Counted from the first letter of the stretch, positions 8,818-18,990 are shown. The stretch: 64,000 bases of DNA from an uncultured Verrucomicrobiae bacterium (GCA_963837955.1 CAWIPH010000002.1:992001-1056000); one strand, 5' to 3'. Translations and numbers: made by a program. The notes: generated by a model not told the origin, from the sequence alone.

Positions 8818-9958
8818 CCTCGTTCGATTTTTGAAGCCACTAGCCTCGCTGAAGCTGACGATCGTTTGCCTCGCCTGTGCGATGATCCTTATCTTTTTCG
8901 GCACACTTGACCAGGTGCAGATCGGCGTCTATGAGGCTCAGCTCCGCTACTTCAAAAGCTTCTTTTTGTATTTCGCGCTGCCGGGGAGCCAAGTGAAGAT
9001 TCCATGGTTTCCGGGCGGTTACACACTCGGCGGCATCCTTTTGGTGAATTTGGTCGCTGCGCATGTTTCCCGGTTTAGGCTTTCGTGGAAGAAGGTCGGT
9101 ATTTTGATTCTGCACTCGGGCCTGATTCTGTTGCTTGTGGGTCAGCTGCTGACCAGCGTGTTCGAAGTGGAGAGCCAGGTCCAACTCGACCAGGGTCAAA
9201 CTAAGAACTATTCCGAAAGTCCATATTTCGACGAATTGGCGATTATTGATAGATCGGGCGCCAACGCCGATGAAGTCATCTCCGTTCCCACGGTAAAGCT
9301 GGCGAAAGGACGAACGATGGCGCTGCCGATGGATGGCCTGACCCTCCAGGTCAATGATTTCTATGAAAACGCGGCACTGGTTGCTCCAAACCAATTACCT
9401 GCAGAAAAGTATCCTCATCTGCGGCTCGGTCCGATGGCGGTCGCGGTGGCGATTCCCAAGACCTATAAACAGGATGAGCGTAATCAGCCGGCCGCGTCTG
9501 TGAGTTTACTCAAGAACGGGCAGGAAATTGGTTCGTGGAATCTGACTAGCGGCCTTCCTCAACCGGTACAATTCAAGGTCGAATCCAAGGCTTTTGAAAT
9601 CGTGCTCCGCCCAAAGCGCTATTACCGGCCGTTTTCGATAACCTTGGAGGAATTTCGGCATGATCGCTATGCCGGCACCGAGATTGCCAAGAATTTTTCC
9701 AGCAAGATTCGTTTGGTCGATCCGGGTGCCCACGAGAATCGCGAGGCGCTGGTTTTCATGAACCATCCGTTGCGGTATGCCGGTCTGACATTTTATCAGG
9801 CTGGATTTGGCAACAATGACCATACCACCATTCTCCAGGTTATGAAAAACCCGAGCTGGCTTGTTCCCTACATATCCTGCGGAATGATGGCAACGGGTCT
9901 TGTCATCCAGTTTGGGATGCACCTGATCAGCTTTGTTCGACGGCGCGTGATCTCATGA
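8807..9958 (+). CDS. ccsB: Cytochrome c biogenesis protein ResB/CcsB-like
   Basis: LASLKLTIV, GILILHSGL, NFSSKI and MNHPLRYAGLTFYQ motifs. Confidence 0.85.
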   Translation: MISSLVRFLKPLASLKLTIVCLACAMILIFFGTLDQVQIGVYEAQLRYFKSFFLYFALPGSQVKIPWFPGGYTLGGILLVNLVAAHVSRFRLSWKKVGILILHSGLILLLVGQLLTSVFEVESQVQLDQGQTKNYSESPYFDELAIIDRSGANADEVISVPTVKLAKGRTMALPMDGLTLQVNDFYENAALVAPNQLPAEKYPHLRLGPMAVAVAIPKTYKQDERNQPAASVSLLKNGQEIGSWNLTSGLPQPVQFKVESKAFEIVLRPKRYYRPFSITLEEFRHDRYAGTEIAKNFSSKIRLVDPGAHENREALVFMNHPLRYAGLTFYQAGFGNNDHTTILQVMKNPSWLVPYISCGMMATGLVIQFGMHLISFVRRRVIS

Positions 9959-11856
9959 AAAAAATCACTCCCTGGATCATCAGTGTCGTTTTTTTTGGTT
10001 GGGCTCTCTCCCATATGCTTCCGAGAAAGCCTGCTCCTGGCTTTGACGTCACTGGCTTCGGCAAATTGCCCGTATTGGTTGGGGGACGTGTGATGCCTCT
10101 GGACACTTTGGCGCGTGTTTCGCTCTCACAAATGAACCATCACGGAATTGATGGTACCGCCAACAATGAAAGCTCCGCGCAGGTTGCGTCCCAGAGCCAA
10201 TGGCTTCTAGACGTTTTCATGATGCCGGAGCATGCGGATACTACCAAGGTGTTCGAAGTCACGAACCCAGATATCCTTGATCTCTTTGGCTGGCAAAAAG
10301 CTGGCAACTATTCATTCAAGGAACTGCAGCCGTTTTTTGGGCAGATCGAACAACAGGCGAACTCGGCCGAGCAGATCGAATCGGAAGTAAGGAACGCGTT
10401 CCAGCGCGGAATCGTCAAGTTACGCGGTGTATTGCGGCTTTACCTGCAGCTAAAGAACACTATCCAGGCCGAAGACTCGCCGGACTTCGGAAAGGAAATA
10501 CAAATATTCCAGCAGATTATTGCACCAGGACTGCAGGCCGTCCGAGACCGCGACGCCGGAAAATCGTACGACCAGCAAGCTTTCGAACGCATCCTGCTCT
10601 TCACCCAACGTTATCAGAACCTGACCCAGGCAAAGTATGCATTTGTGATTCCCGATCCGAAAGGAAAGACGGAAAACGAACGTTGGTTTCCAATTTCCGA
10701 AGCATTGCTTGGGTCAATTGGAACGGGCGAGGTCTCCTATCCTGTTATTGCTTATGGTCGATTGATCTCCGGCTATCGTAACGGGGATGTTGCCGGTTTT
10801 AATCAGACTCTGTCGGAGTACCAGCATTTCCTGCAACAGCACGTTCCGCATGAACTGCGACGACCGACCCTGGAGTACCATTTCAACAGCGCTCAGCCGT
10901 TTTACCAGGCACTGGTTCTTTATTTATTGGTCTTTGTGCTGGCGCTGCTGTCCTGGCTGTTCTGGCCAAAGACGCTTAGCCGAGCCGCCTTGCTTCTACT
11001 CGGTTTTACGTTTCTGATTCATACCGTTGGCCTGATCGCCCGAATGTATATTCAAGCCCGGCCGCCGGTAACCAACCTTTATAGTTCTGCGATTTTTGTC
11101 GGTTGGGCCTCAGTCCTCTTCTGCCTGATCCTGGAACGATTCTACCGCAACGGTATCGGGAGTGTTTGCGGTTCCATCGTGGGATTCGTTACACTGTTGA
11201 TCGCGCAGAATCTTCAGTTCGACGGCGACACGATGGAAATGCTCCGAGCGGTGCTTGATACCAACGCTTGGCTGGCAACCCACGTGGTAGGTGAGGCCCT
11301 CGGCTATTCGGCTGTCTTCCTAGCTGGCATCATTGGAATCATTTACATCATCCGAGGTGTCTTCACGACCTCGTTTGAGGAAACGACGGCGAAGTCGATG
11401 GGTCGCATGATCTACGGAGTGGTTTGCTTTGCTACACTCTTTAGTTTGGTTGCGACCGTTCTGGGCGGGATTTGGGCGGACCAATCTTGGGGCCGGTTTT
11501 GGGGCTGGGATCCGAAAGAAAACGGCGCTTTGTTGGTCGTGCTCTGGAACGCGATTATTTTGCACGCGCGCTGGGGCGGTTTTGCCCGAGAGCGGGGGGT
11601 AGCGGTCTTGGCTGTGTTCGGGAACGTGATTGGAAGTCTTTCCTGGTTCGGCGTAAACATGCTTGGCGTCGGTTTGCATTCGTATGGCTTCATGGATCAG
11701 GCATTCGGACCTTTACTGGCGTTTGTTGGCAGCCAGGTTGCGATCATGGCCATCGGCCTATTGCCGCAACGTTATTGGCGCGGAATTCGGGCTCGGAAGG
11801 TAGCCATCTCCAGCGAAGCTGCCACGGAACCGCATGCGGTAACGACGACGCCGTAG
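9955..11856 (+). CDS. ccsA: Cytochrome c assembly protein CcsA/ResC (System II) with a large periplasmic domain
   Basis: RPPVTNLYSS, WLATHV, WWD motif WADQSWGRFWGWDPKE and GLHSYG. Confidence 0.93.
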   Translation: MKKITPWIISVVFFGWALSHMLPRKPAPGFDVTGFGKLPVLVGGRVMPLDTLARVSLSQMNHHGIDGTANNESSAQVASQSQWLLDVFMMPEHADTTKVFEVTNPDILDLFGWQKAGNYSFKELQPFFGQIEQQANSAEQIESEVRNAFQRGIVKLRGVLRLYLQLKNTIQAEDSPDFGKEIQIFQQIIAPGLQAVRDRDAGKSYDQQAFERILLFTQRYQNLTQAKYAFVIPDPKGKTENERWFPISEALLGSIGTGEVSYPVIAYGRLISGYRNGDVAGFNQTLSEYQHFLQQHVPHELRRPTLEYHFNSAQPFYQALVLYLLVFVLALLSWLFWPKTLSRAALLLLGFTFLIHTVGLIARMYIQARPPVTNLYSSAIFVGWASVLFCLILERFYRNGIGSVCGSIVGFVTLLIAQNLQFDGDTMEMLRAVLDTNAWLATHVVGEALGYSAVFLAGIIGIIYIIRGVFTTSFEETTAKSMGRMIYGVVCFATLFSLVATVLGGIWADQSWGRFWGWDPKENGALLVVLWNAIILHARWGGFARERGVAVLAVFGNVIGSLSWFGVNMLGVGLHSYGFMDQAFGPLLAFVGSQVAIMAIGLLPQRYWRGIRARKVAISSEAATEPHAVTTTP

Positions 11857-11992
11857 ATCCTGAATCCAGGAACCGATATCGAGAAGGCCGTGTCGTTCAT
11901 TGTGCGCGGCGAACTCTGAATGTTTCGTTGAATGCGCGCTTCCCTAAAACCCAAAATCTCAACTTCGGCTTTTTTGGAGACTTATCGACACC

Positions 11993-12928
11993 ATGCCTGT
12001 AAAACCGCCCCAACCGGTCTTCCGTCGAGACGAGAGCGTCAGCAAAGGGATGAAGCGTATCGTCGATGAACTGATCGAGAGTGCCATCGCGTATATTGAA
12101 CAACCGTCCGCGGACCGCGAAGAAGATTTGCACCAGGTTCGGTTGGCGATCAAAAGACTGCGAGCCATCTTGCGACTGCTACGACCGCTCGTCAGCAAGA
12201 CGTTTTTTAAACGCGAAAACGCTCGTCTTCGCTCCGCCGCGAGGCGCCTCGCCCGACTGCGCGATCTTGCGGTGGCGCGGCGCACGCTTGAACAGGTCAC
12301 GGACAAGCTCGCGAGCCATTTACAGCACGCTCAAATCCAGGAAGTCTTTGAATCCTTTCTCGCTCAAACCCCTGCATCGTCTCATTACGATAAGGACCGT
12401 GAAATGGCTCTCCAATTGGCTGCGAAAGCCCTTGCGGAAATGCGTCAAGCTTTTCACTCTCTGGCTTTGCCCGATCATGGTTGGAAAACAATCGAACCGG
12501 GTTTGAAGAAACTCTATCGCCAGAATCGAGTCTGGATGATGCGCGCCTCATCCAGCAATAAAGCCGAGGATTTTCACGGATGGCGAAAGCGGGTGAAATA
12601 CTACTTCTATCTACTGAAGATGCTTACAACGATCTGGCCCAAGCGACTTGAAAAAACGATAAAATGTCTCGATCGCTTGCAAGACAAGCTGGGTAAAGAC
12701 CATGATTTGAGTGTCTTGAAAAGCTTCCTGGTGAAACATCCAAGTAACTCAGGGAACAAGACACCGGTGGCCCACGTCATCCGATACCTGGAGAAACGGA
12801 GTGGGAAGTTTAGGAAGAAAAGCATGGCTCTGGGCAAGATACTTTATGATGACAAACCCAGCCACTGGATGAAGGCACTTCGGAAAAGGTGGGAGGATTG
12901 GCGGTCCTCTCCGAAAGAGCAACTATGA
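11993..12928 (+). CDS. CHAD domain protein (polyphosphate-binding family)
   Basis: LHQVRLAIKRLRA, RLRDLAV, FHGWRKRVKY and LQDKLGKDHDL motifs. Confidence 0.9.
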   Translation: MPVKPPQPVFRRDESVSKGMKRIVDELIESAIAYIEQPSADREEDLHQVRLAIKRLRAILRLLRPLVSKTFFKRENARLRSAARRLARLRDLAVARRTLEQVTDKLASHLQHAQIQEVFESFLAQTPASSHYDKDREMALQLAAKALAEMRQAFHSLALPDHGWKTIEPGLKKLYRQNRVWMMRASSSNKAEDFHGWRKRVKYYFYLLKMLTTIWPKRLEKTIKCLDRLQDKLGKDHDLSVLKSFLVKHPSNSGNKTPVAHVIRYLEKRSGKFRKKSMALGKILYDDKPSHWMKALRKRWEDWRSSPKEQL

Positions 12929-12939
12929 ACCGGAGGTTT
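12903..12939 (+). repeat. ~37-bp imperfect direct repeat, left copy (partner at 15039-15074)
   Basis: GGTCCTCTCCGAAAGAGCAACTATGAACCGGAGGTTT versus GGTCCTCTCCGAA-GTGCAACTATGAACCGGGGATTT. Confidence 0.85.
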
Positions 12940-12964
12940 GCCCCGTTCGGATTCAGCGTGATCG

Positions 12965-13170
12965 CCTTGGACCGTCTAAAGCAGGGAACGATGATCCGGA
13001 TCGCTCGCGTCGCCGATGCGTTGAAGGCTGGCTACGACATCAAGGCAGAGATCGCAAAGGGCGGGACGATCACGTTGCGCCACACTCTCTCGACACGCCA
13101 AATCGACGTTCTCATGGAGGGTTGCGCAATCAATTGGCACAAACGCTATAGCACCCCTAATGGCCGCTGA
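12965..13170 (+). pseudogene. C-terminal fragment of an aconitate hydratase (swivel domain end)
   Basis: DRLKQGTMIRIARVADALKAG...LRHTLSTRQIDVLMEGCAINW resembles the aconitase C-terminus; the rest of the gene is absent. Confidence 0.6.
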
Positions 13171-13221
13171 ACCGTACAACTTTTTGTCGCTAAAAACTCA
13201 ACCCTAATAAGGAACAAAATT

Positions 13222-14949
13222 ATGACGCAAAAAACCGTGGCGGGAATCTTTGTCGAAACTCTGATCGCGGCAGGCGTGACGCGGATTTACGGTGTTGTGG
13301 GCGACTCGCTCAACGGCATTCTGGAGGAGATTCGCCGGAGCAAGAAAATTGAGTGGATTGGCGTGCGTCACGAAGAGACCGGAGCATTTGCCGCTGGCGC
13401 CCAAGCCCACTTGACGGGTGAATTGGCGGTTTGCGCCGGAAGTTGCGGACCGGGCAACATGCACCTGATAAACGGACTCTACGACTGCCACCGCAGCCGC
13501 GTGCCGGTGCTGGCGCTTGCGGCGCAGATTCCGAGCCAGGAGATCGGCAGCAACTATTTTCAGGAAACTCATCCCGACCAGCTTTTTCGCGATTGTAGCC
13601 ATTACTGCGAATTGATTTCACAGACGACTCAAGTCCCGCGGGTGCTCGAGATCGCCATCCAAAGTGCATTAACGAATAAGGGTGTGGCCGTGGTGGCGAT
13701 TCCGGGCGATATCGCTCTCAAAGAGGCAAAGTACCGCAAGCCGAGCGCCTCCATCAAGGCGTGCCATCCCGAGGTGAGCCCTTCGGAGGACGAGGTCAAG
13801 CAGCTGGCCGCCGTTCTGAGCTTAGGTAAGGCGGTTACGATCCTGGGCGGTGCTGGGTGTGCCGGAGCTCACGCCGAACTGATGCAATTGGCCGGCAAAC
13901 TCAAATCACCCATCGTCTCGGCCTTACGCGGTCGGGAACACATCCAGTACGACAATCCCTACGATGTGGGACTGACCGGCCTGATCGGTTTTGCCTCCGG
14001 CTACCACGCGATTATGCAGGCCGACACGCTGCTGATGCTTGGTACGGATTTTCCTTACACCCAGTTTTATCCTGAGAAGGCAACCATCATTCAAGTCGAT
14101 CGCCGCGGTGAGAACCTCGGACGCCGTACGCGGCTCGACCTCGGGATAATCGGCGACGTGAAAGCGACGCTCAGGGCCCTGGTGCCGCTTCTCGATGAGA
14201 AAAAAGATGACACCCACCTGAAACGGCTAATCCGCCATTATCAGGATACGCGAAAGGGACTGGATGAGCTTGCGGTGGGGCATCCGGGACGCAAACCAAT
14301 GCATCCGCAGTACGTCGCGAAAATTGTGGACGAGGTTGCCGCCGACGATGCGATCTTTTCCTGCGATGTCGGCACGCCCACAGTCTGGGCCGCCCGCTAC
14401 CTCACCATGAACGGCAAGCGACGTCTATTGGGTTCGTTCAACCACGGATCTATGGCTAATGCCATGCCCCAGGCCATTGGCGCGCAGCTCACGTTCCCCG
14501 GCCGCCAAGTTGTCTCCTTTTCCGGTGACGGCGGATTGTCCATGCTGATGGGCGACCTGCTGTCGCTGCATCAGCACAAGCTGCCGGTGAAGATTATTGT
14601 TTTTAGTAATAGCGCACTGGCCTTTGTCGAATTGGAAATGTTGGCTGCGGGCATTCTTGGAGAGGGAACCGAGCTGGTGAATCCAGACTTTGTCGCGCTG
14701 GCCCGTTCGGCTGGCATGTTCGGTGTGCGGGTAGAAGATCCGGCCGATTTGAAGAAAGCTGTGATCGAAGCGTTTCAGCACGACGGACCGGCGTTGGTCG
14801 AGGCAGTGGTCAACCGGACAGAGCTTTCCATGCCCCCGACGATTAAGATTGATCAGGCGGTCGGGTTCAACCTCTGGGCGCTCAAAGCGGTGCTCAATGG
14901 CCGTGGCGACGAGCTAATCGACCTGGCGGTAAGCAATCTGATTCGATAA
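13222..14949 (+). CDS. poxB: Pyruvate dehydrogenase (quinone), TPP/FAD-dependent
   Basis: GVVGDSLNG, RHEETGAFAA, CAGSCGPGNMHLING, GSFNHGSMANA and GDGG TPP motifs. Confidence 0.95.
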   Translation: MTQKTVAGIFVETLIAAGVTRIYGVVGDSLNGILEEIRRSKKIEWIGVRHEETGAFAAGAQAHLTGELAVCAGSCGPGNMHLINGLYDCHRSRVPVLALAAQIPSQEIGSNYFQETHPDQLFRDCSHYCELISQTTQVPRVLEIAIQSALTNKGVAVVAIPGDIALKEAKYRKPSASIKACHPEVSPSEDEVKQLAAVLSLGKAVTILGGAGCAGAHAELMQLAGKLKSPIVSALRGREHIQYDNPYDVGLTGLIGFASGYHAIMQADTLLMLGTDFPYTQFYPEKATIIQVDRRGENLGRRTRLDLGIIGDVKATLRALVPLLDEKKDDTHLKRLIRHYQDTRKGLDELAVGHPGRKPMHPQYVAKIVDEVAADDAIFSCDVGTPTVWAARYLTMNGKRRLLGSFNHGSMANAMPQAIGAQLTFPGRQVVSFSGDGGLSMLMGDLLSLHQHKLPVKIIVFSNSALAFVELEMLAAGILGEGTELVNPDFVALARSAGMFGVRVEDPADLKKAVIEAFQHDGPALVEAVVNRTELSMPPTIKIDQAVGFNLWALKAVLNGRGDELIDLAVSNLIR

Positions 14950-14970
14950 GCAGCGGATCGAGTCTACTGA

Positions 14971-15063
14971 AATGGCGCCTCCGTGTATGCAATGACGAAA
15001 GGGGCGGTTGACACCTTAACACGTGGCCTTGCTCGGGAGGTCCTCTCCGAAGTGCAACTATGA
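14971..15063 (+). pseudogene. Internal fragment of a short-chain dehydrogenase/reductase
   Basis: Translates to NGASVYAMTKGAVDTLTRGLARE (YxxxK catalytic motif) and runs into the direct repeat. Confidence 0.7.
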
Positions 15064-15074
15064 ACCGGGGATTT
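15039..15074 (+). repeat. ~36-bp imperfect direct repeat, right copy
   Basis: Matches 12903-12939 with 3 substitutions and 1 indel. Confidence 0.85.
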
Positions 15075-15190
15075 TCGAGTCCTCATAAGGCATCACCGTG
15101 TGAGACCGAATTGGGGACAGAGTCACACAGCGGCCTTAGGTTGACGCGTGTGGCCAGCCGCGGGACTGGGAAGAGAAGCAAGGAGGGTCC

Positions 15191-15415
15191 CGTCCCGGAA
15201 GGGACATCGTGATAGTCGCCCAGCAATTTATTGCTGGGTAGATGGTATAAAGGGGGTGCCGTCCCGGGAGGGACGATCGAAACGTTGAGGTAATGGTTTC
15301 CAATGCGACCTCACGAGCGCAGAGGTGAATCGATCGTCCCTGTCGGGACGGACCCGTCTTAACCCTATCCCAGCAATGAATTGCTGGGCTACTTTCGCAG
15401 TGTCCCTTGCGGGAC
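15191..15415. repeat. Palindromic MITE/REP-like element (family B, GTCCC...GGGAC)
   Basis: Nested inverted repeats (CCCAGCAATTTATTGCTGGG / CCCAGCAATGAATTGCTGGG, CGTCCC...GGGACG); same architecture as 35589-35819. Confidence 0.8.
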
Positions 15416-15588
15416 AGATCTCTTGACGTGCGCGCACAGCACTTAGCTTCTCACAAAGTGTCAGCACGGTGATGCCCACTGTGAAAAACATCCGCGCAGC
15501 CGGATTCACCGAGCGGTGTCTATCTCGGCTTCCAACCGGTTTGACTGAATGATCCTTTTTCGTTTTGATGCCTTTCTTCCTAAATTAC

Positions 15589-16491
15589 ATGGCGGTAAAA
15601 CCCAAGATTCTCGTCGTTGGCAGCTCGAATACCGATCTGGTTGTATTCTGTGACCGATTGCCGCAACCCGGAGAAACGGTTCTCGGCGGAGAATTCAAGA
15701 TGTTCGGCGGCGGGAAAGGCGCAAACCAGGCAGTTGCTGCCGCACGCGCCGGCGGACAAGTGACTTTTCTAGGCGCTTTCGGTGCTGACGCGTTTGGGTC
15801 CGCGGCTCGGGACCGTCTAATCAAAGAAGGGATCAACCTCGACTATTTTCAGTGTGTCCAGAACGCGCCAAGCGGTATCGCGCTGATCCTGGTCGATGGA
15901 GTAACCCGAGAGAACCTCATCGCGGTAGCAAAATCAGCGAATGAAGCCGTCGATTCGGCGATGGTTTCCGCGGCCCGGGAAGCTTTCACCCGCGCGGATG
16001 TGGTCGTATCTCAACTTGAGATTAGAGACGGAGCGATTGAAGCAACGGCTCGACTGTGCCAGGAGCTCAATCGCCGCTTCATTTTGAATCCGGCGCCAAC
16101 GCGGACCCTCCCGAAGCAGGTTTATGAGAGTTTGCACTCGATTATCGTGAACGAACATGAGGCTCGAGATCTAAGCGGTGAATCCTCAATTCAAGAAGCA
16201 ATTGACTGGTTCCTGAGCCAGGGCTGCAAGAACGTTGTAGTGACACTAGGATCGGAGGGTGCGACGTTTTCGACTGGAAGCGCGAGTACTCACGTTACTG
16301 CTCCCGTGGTTGAGCCGATTGATACGACCGGCGCCGGAGACTGTTTCGTCGGTTGGTTTAGCGCAGGGCTAGCCGAAGGATTGAGTGTCGAGCAGGCAGT
16401 GCGACGCGCCTGCCAAGCTGCGGCACTAAAAGTAACCAAAGCCGGCGCCCAAGACGGAATGCCTTACCGGGCGGAAGTAGTTCTGGAATGA
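15589..16491 (+). CDS. rbsK: Ribokinase (PfkB family)
   Basis: VGSSNTDL, GGKGANQAVAAAR, LNPAP and DTTGAGDCF motifs. Confidence 0.92.
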   Translation: MAVKPKILVVGSSNTDLVVFCDRLPQPGETVLGGEFKMFGGGKGANQAVAAARAGGQVTFLGAFGADAFGSAARDRLIKEGINLDYFQCVQNAPSGIALILVDGVTRENLIAVAKSANEAVDSAMVSAAREAFTRADVVVSQLEIRDGAIEATARLCQELNRRFILNPAPTRTLPKQVYESLHSIIVNEHEARDLSGESSIQEAIDWFLSQGCKNVVVTLGSEGATFSTGSASTHVTAPVVEPIDTTGAGDCFVGWFSAGLAEGLSVEQAVRRACQAAALKVTKAGAQDGMPYRAEVVLE

Positions 16492-16699
16492 GACCTTCGT
16501 CCTCGTGCTCGTCGTCGTCCTCGAAATGCTGTTCCCGCATTTGCGAGGACCCCAACACCAGCTTTATTCGCGCGAAAATAATTTTAGCGGTTTCGCGGCA
16601 AGCGTTTGTCGACCGGTCAGAGGTGTTGCTCCGATGATTAGCCCGACTTTGCCCGTCTCTTCGGCAGGCTAACTTGTCGCCGTTATTTCGAAGACCTGT

Positions 16700-17365
16700 T
16701 CACGAAGGCATGGGTTCAGAGCTCTCGTCATAGCTCTGTTGAGCCTTAGCGTCGGCTAGCATTTGCTCGATGGTTGCAACGAGAGGCTCCGGTTTGGCGA
16801 TACCGGAGAAAACAACTCGGTCCCCGATCTGACTTTCCAGCACGAAGGTGGGTCGTTGGGGCGCTTGCAAAGCGTGGAATTCCGCAGTTGTGCCGCGAAT
16901 TTGCCGCTCGATTTCGGGGCTGGCGGCACGATCGCTGAGCAATTTAGGGTCCAGTCCCGGAACGGCGGCCACAGCGATTGCGATTGACTCTGCAAGTTGG
17001 GAAGTCGGCCGGCCATGGATCAAACCAGCCTCCGCGATTGCTAATCGGATCCGGTCATCGCTCCGACCAATCCCGAAGTCTATCGCCGCTTCCGTCACTA
17101 GATTGGGTGCGAGATATTCTTCCAACTTTGGATCGTACCAAGCCGACTGGATAGAATGATCCGCTCCCATGATCGTCCTGCTTCGTCGGTAAAACCACTC
17201 GAGTTGTGGCTGAGACTTAGGCATGACATCGGCATTCATAAGCGAAATCTTCCACTGGAAATGGGCGCTATGGCCGTACCGGTTTTTCAGCAAGGCCCAA
17301 CCCGGTTCCGACCAGTGACACCAGGACGACACCACATCGAGGTAATAAGTGATCTTTAGGAGCAT
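16700..17365 (-). CDS. DsbA/FrnE-like thioredoxin-fold protein
   Basis: YYLDVVSSWC at the N-terminus (SxxC variant) and QRPTFV cis-Pro motif. Confidence 0.75.
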   Translation of the reverse strand: MLLKITYYLDVVSSWCHWSEPGWALLKNRYGHSAHFQWKISLMNADVMPKSQPQLEWFYRRSRTIMGADHSIQSAWYDPKLEEYLAPNLVTEAAIDFGIGRSDDRIRLAIAEAGLIHGRPTSQLAESIAIAVAAVPGLDPKLLSDRAASPEIERQIRGTTAEFHALQAPQRPTFVLESQIGDRVVFSGIAKPEPLVATIEQMLADAKAQQSYDESSEPMPS

Positions 17366-17579
17366 GTATCCAGGTACTCGACCATTTGTTTAGCGCAATA
17401 AGCGGTTGGAGAACCGCGTGTGAGCCCATCGGGAAATCGGGCTTCGGCCAAGGTATGGGGAGCATTTGATCAAAAAGTTACAGCTTGGTGGGATTGGCTG
17501 AAATTACTCAGCCATAATCCATGTCAACGAAACGGTCGAACGGGAGAGTTTCGGAGGTTGGAATACCATCTCGGGATAA

Positions 17580-17595
17580 TGGCACAACTGATGCT
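17580..17595 (+). promoter_or_regulatory. Sigma54 (-24/-12) promoter for the urt operon
   Basis: TGGCACAACTGATGCT has GG-N10-GC spacing and lies ~58 nt upstream of the urtA ATG. Confidence 0.7.
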
Positions 17596-17652
17596 CAGCA
17601 GTTGCCGATATCAAATCGCGAAATAATCAGAGCGATTTTGTCCGCGACACAC

Positions 17653-18966
17653 ATGAAAAGAAATTTGTTCCTCCAAGCTACTTTGCTTTCCGGCACGTGG
17701 TTCCTAACCACGCATCCTCTGTTGGCCCAAAGCACGACCGAACCGATTAAAGTAGGTATTTTACACTCTCTATCGGGTACGATGGCGATTTCCGAGACCT
17801 CGCTCAAAGACGTCGCTCTGATGACGATCGAGGAGATCAACAATGCAGGCGGAGTTGCCGGGCGCAAGATCGAGCCGATCGTAGTGGACCCAGCTTCTAA
17901 TTGGCCGCTGTTCGCCGAGAAAGCCCGCCAGCTCATCAGTCAAGACAAGGTAGTCGCCGTCTTTGGATGTTGGACTTCGGTTTCGCGCAAATCGGTGCTT
18001 CCAGTGTTTGAGGAACTGAACGGTCTCCTTTTCTATCCCGTTCAGTATGAGGGCGAGGAAATGTCGCGAAACGTTTTTTACACTGGCGCCGCGCCCAATC
18101 AGCAAGCGATTCCGGCTGTCGAATATTTAATGCGTAAGGAAGGGGGCGGTGCGAAACGGTTCTTTCTGCTCGGGACTGACTACGTTTATCCCCGTACGAC
18201 CAACAAGATTCTGCGAGCGTTCTTGCATTCCAAAGGGGTGCAGGATTCGGACATAACCGAGGTCTATACCCCATTTGAGCACAACGATTATCAAACGATC
18301 GTCAATGACATCAAAAAATTCGCTCAGGCTGGAAAGACCGCAGTGATTTCGACCATCAACGGAGACTCAAATGTGCCCTTCTATAAGGAGTTGGCCAATC
18401 AGGGATTGAAGGCAACGGATGTTCCGGTCGTCGCGTTTTCGGTCGGCGAAGAAGAGCTACGTGGGATCGATACCAAACCGTTAGTTGGACATTTGGCGGC
18501 CTGGAATTATTTCATGTCGCTCAAGAATGCCCAGAATGACGCCTTTAAGAAGGAGTGGGCTGCCTATGTCGCTGCCCATGGTCTCCCGGGCGGTGACAAA
18601 CGGGTGACTAACGATCCGATGGAAGCGACCTATGTGGGCATTCACATGTGGAAACAAGCTGTGGAAAAGGCTGGGAGCACGGACGTCGATAAGGTGCGTG
18701 ATGCGATGATAGGCCAAACCTTTAAAGCGCCGTGCGGCTTTGTCCTGGAGATGGATGCGAACCATCACCTCCACAAGCCGGTGATGATTGGAGAGGTCCG
18801 CCCTGATGGTCAATTCAGCGTTGTCTGGAAAACGAAAGAACCGATTCGGGCTCAACCCTGGAGCCCGTTTATCCCAGGGAATGAAAGCAAGCCAGACAAA
18901 GTCGCCACTGGTAAAGAACTCCCGAATCTACTCGATTTGAGCAGATTGGCGGTGTCTGCCCGTTAG
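17653..18966 (+). CDS. urtA: Urea ABC transporter substrate-binding protein
   Basis: IKVGILHSLSGTMAISE, DPASNWPLFAEKA, GCWTSVSRKSV and YPVQYEG motifs. Confidence 0.96.
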   Translation: MKRNLFLQATLLSGTWFLTTHPLLAQSTTEPIKVGILHSLSGTMAISETSLKDVALMTIEEINNAGGVAGRKIEPIVVDPASNWPLFAEKARQLISQDKVVAVFGCWTSVSRKSVLPVFEELNGLLFYPVQYEGEEMSRNVFYTGAAPNQQAIPAVEYLMRKEGGGAKRFFLLGTDYVYPRTTNKILRAFLHSKGVQDSDITEVYTPFEHNDYQTIVNDIKKFAQAGKTAVISTINGDSNVPFYKELANQGLKATDVPVVAFSVGEEELRGIDTKPLVGHLAAWNYFMSLKNAQNDAFKKEWAAYVAAHGLPGGDKRVTNDPMEATYVGIHMWKQAVEKAGSTDVDKVRDAMIGQTFKAPCGFVLEMDANHHLHKPVMIGEVRPDGQFSVVWKTKEPIRAQPWSPFIPGNESKPDKVATGKELPNLLDLSRLAVSAR

Positions 18967-18990
18967 GATTCTGGCGGACATACCCTCCTT

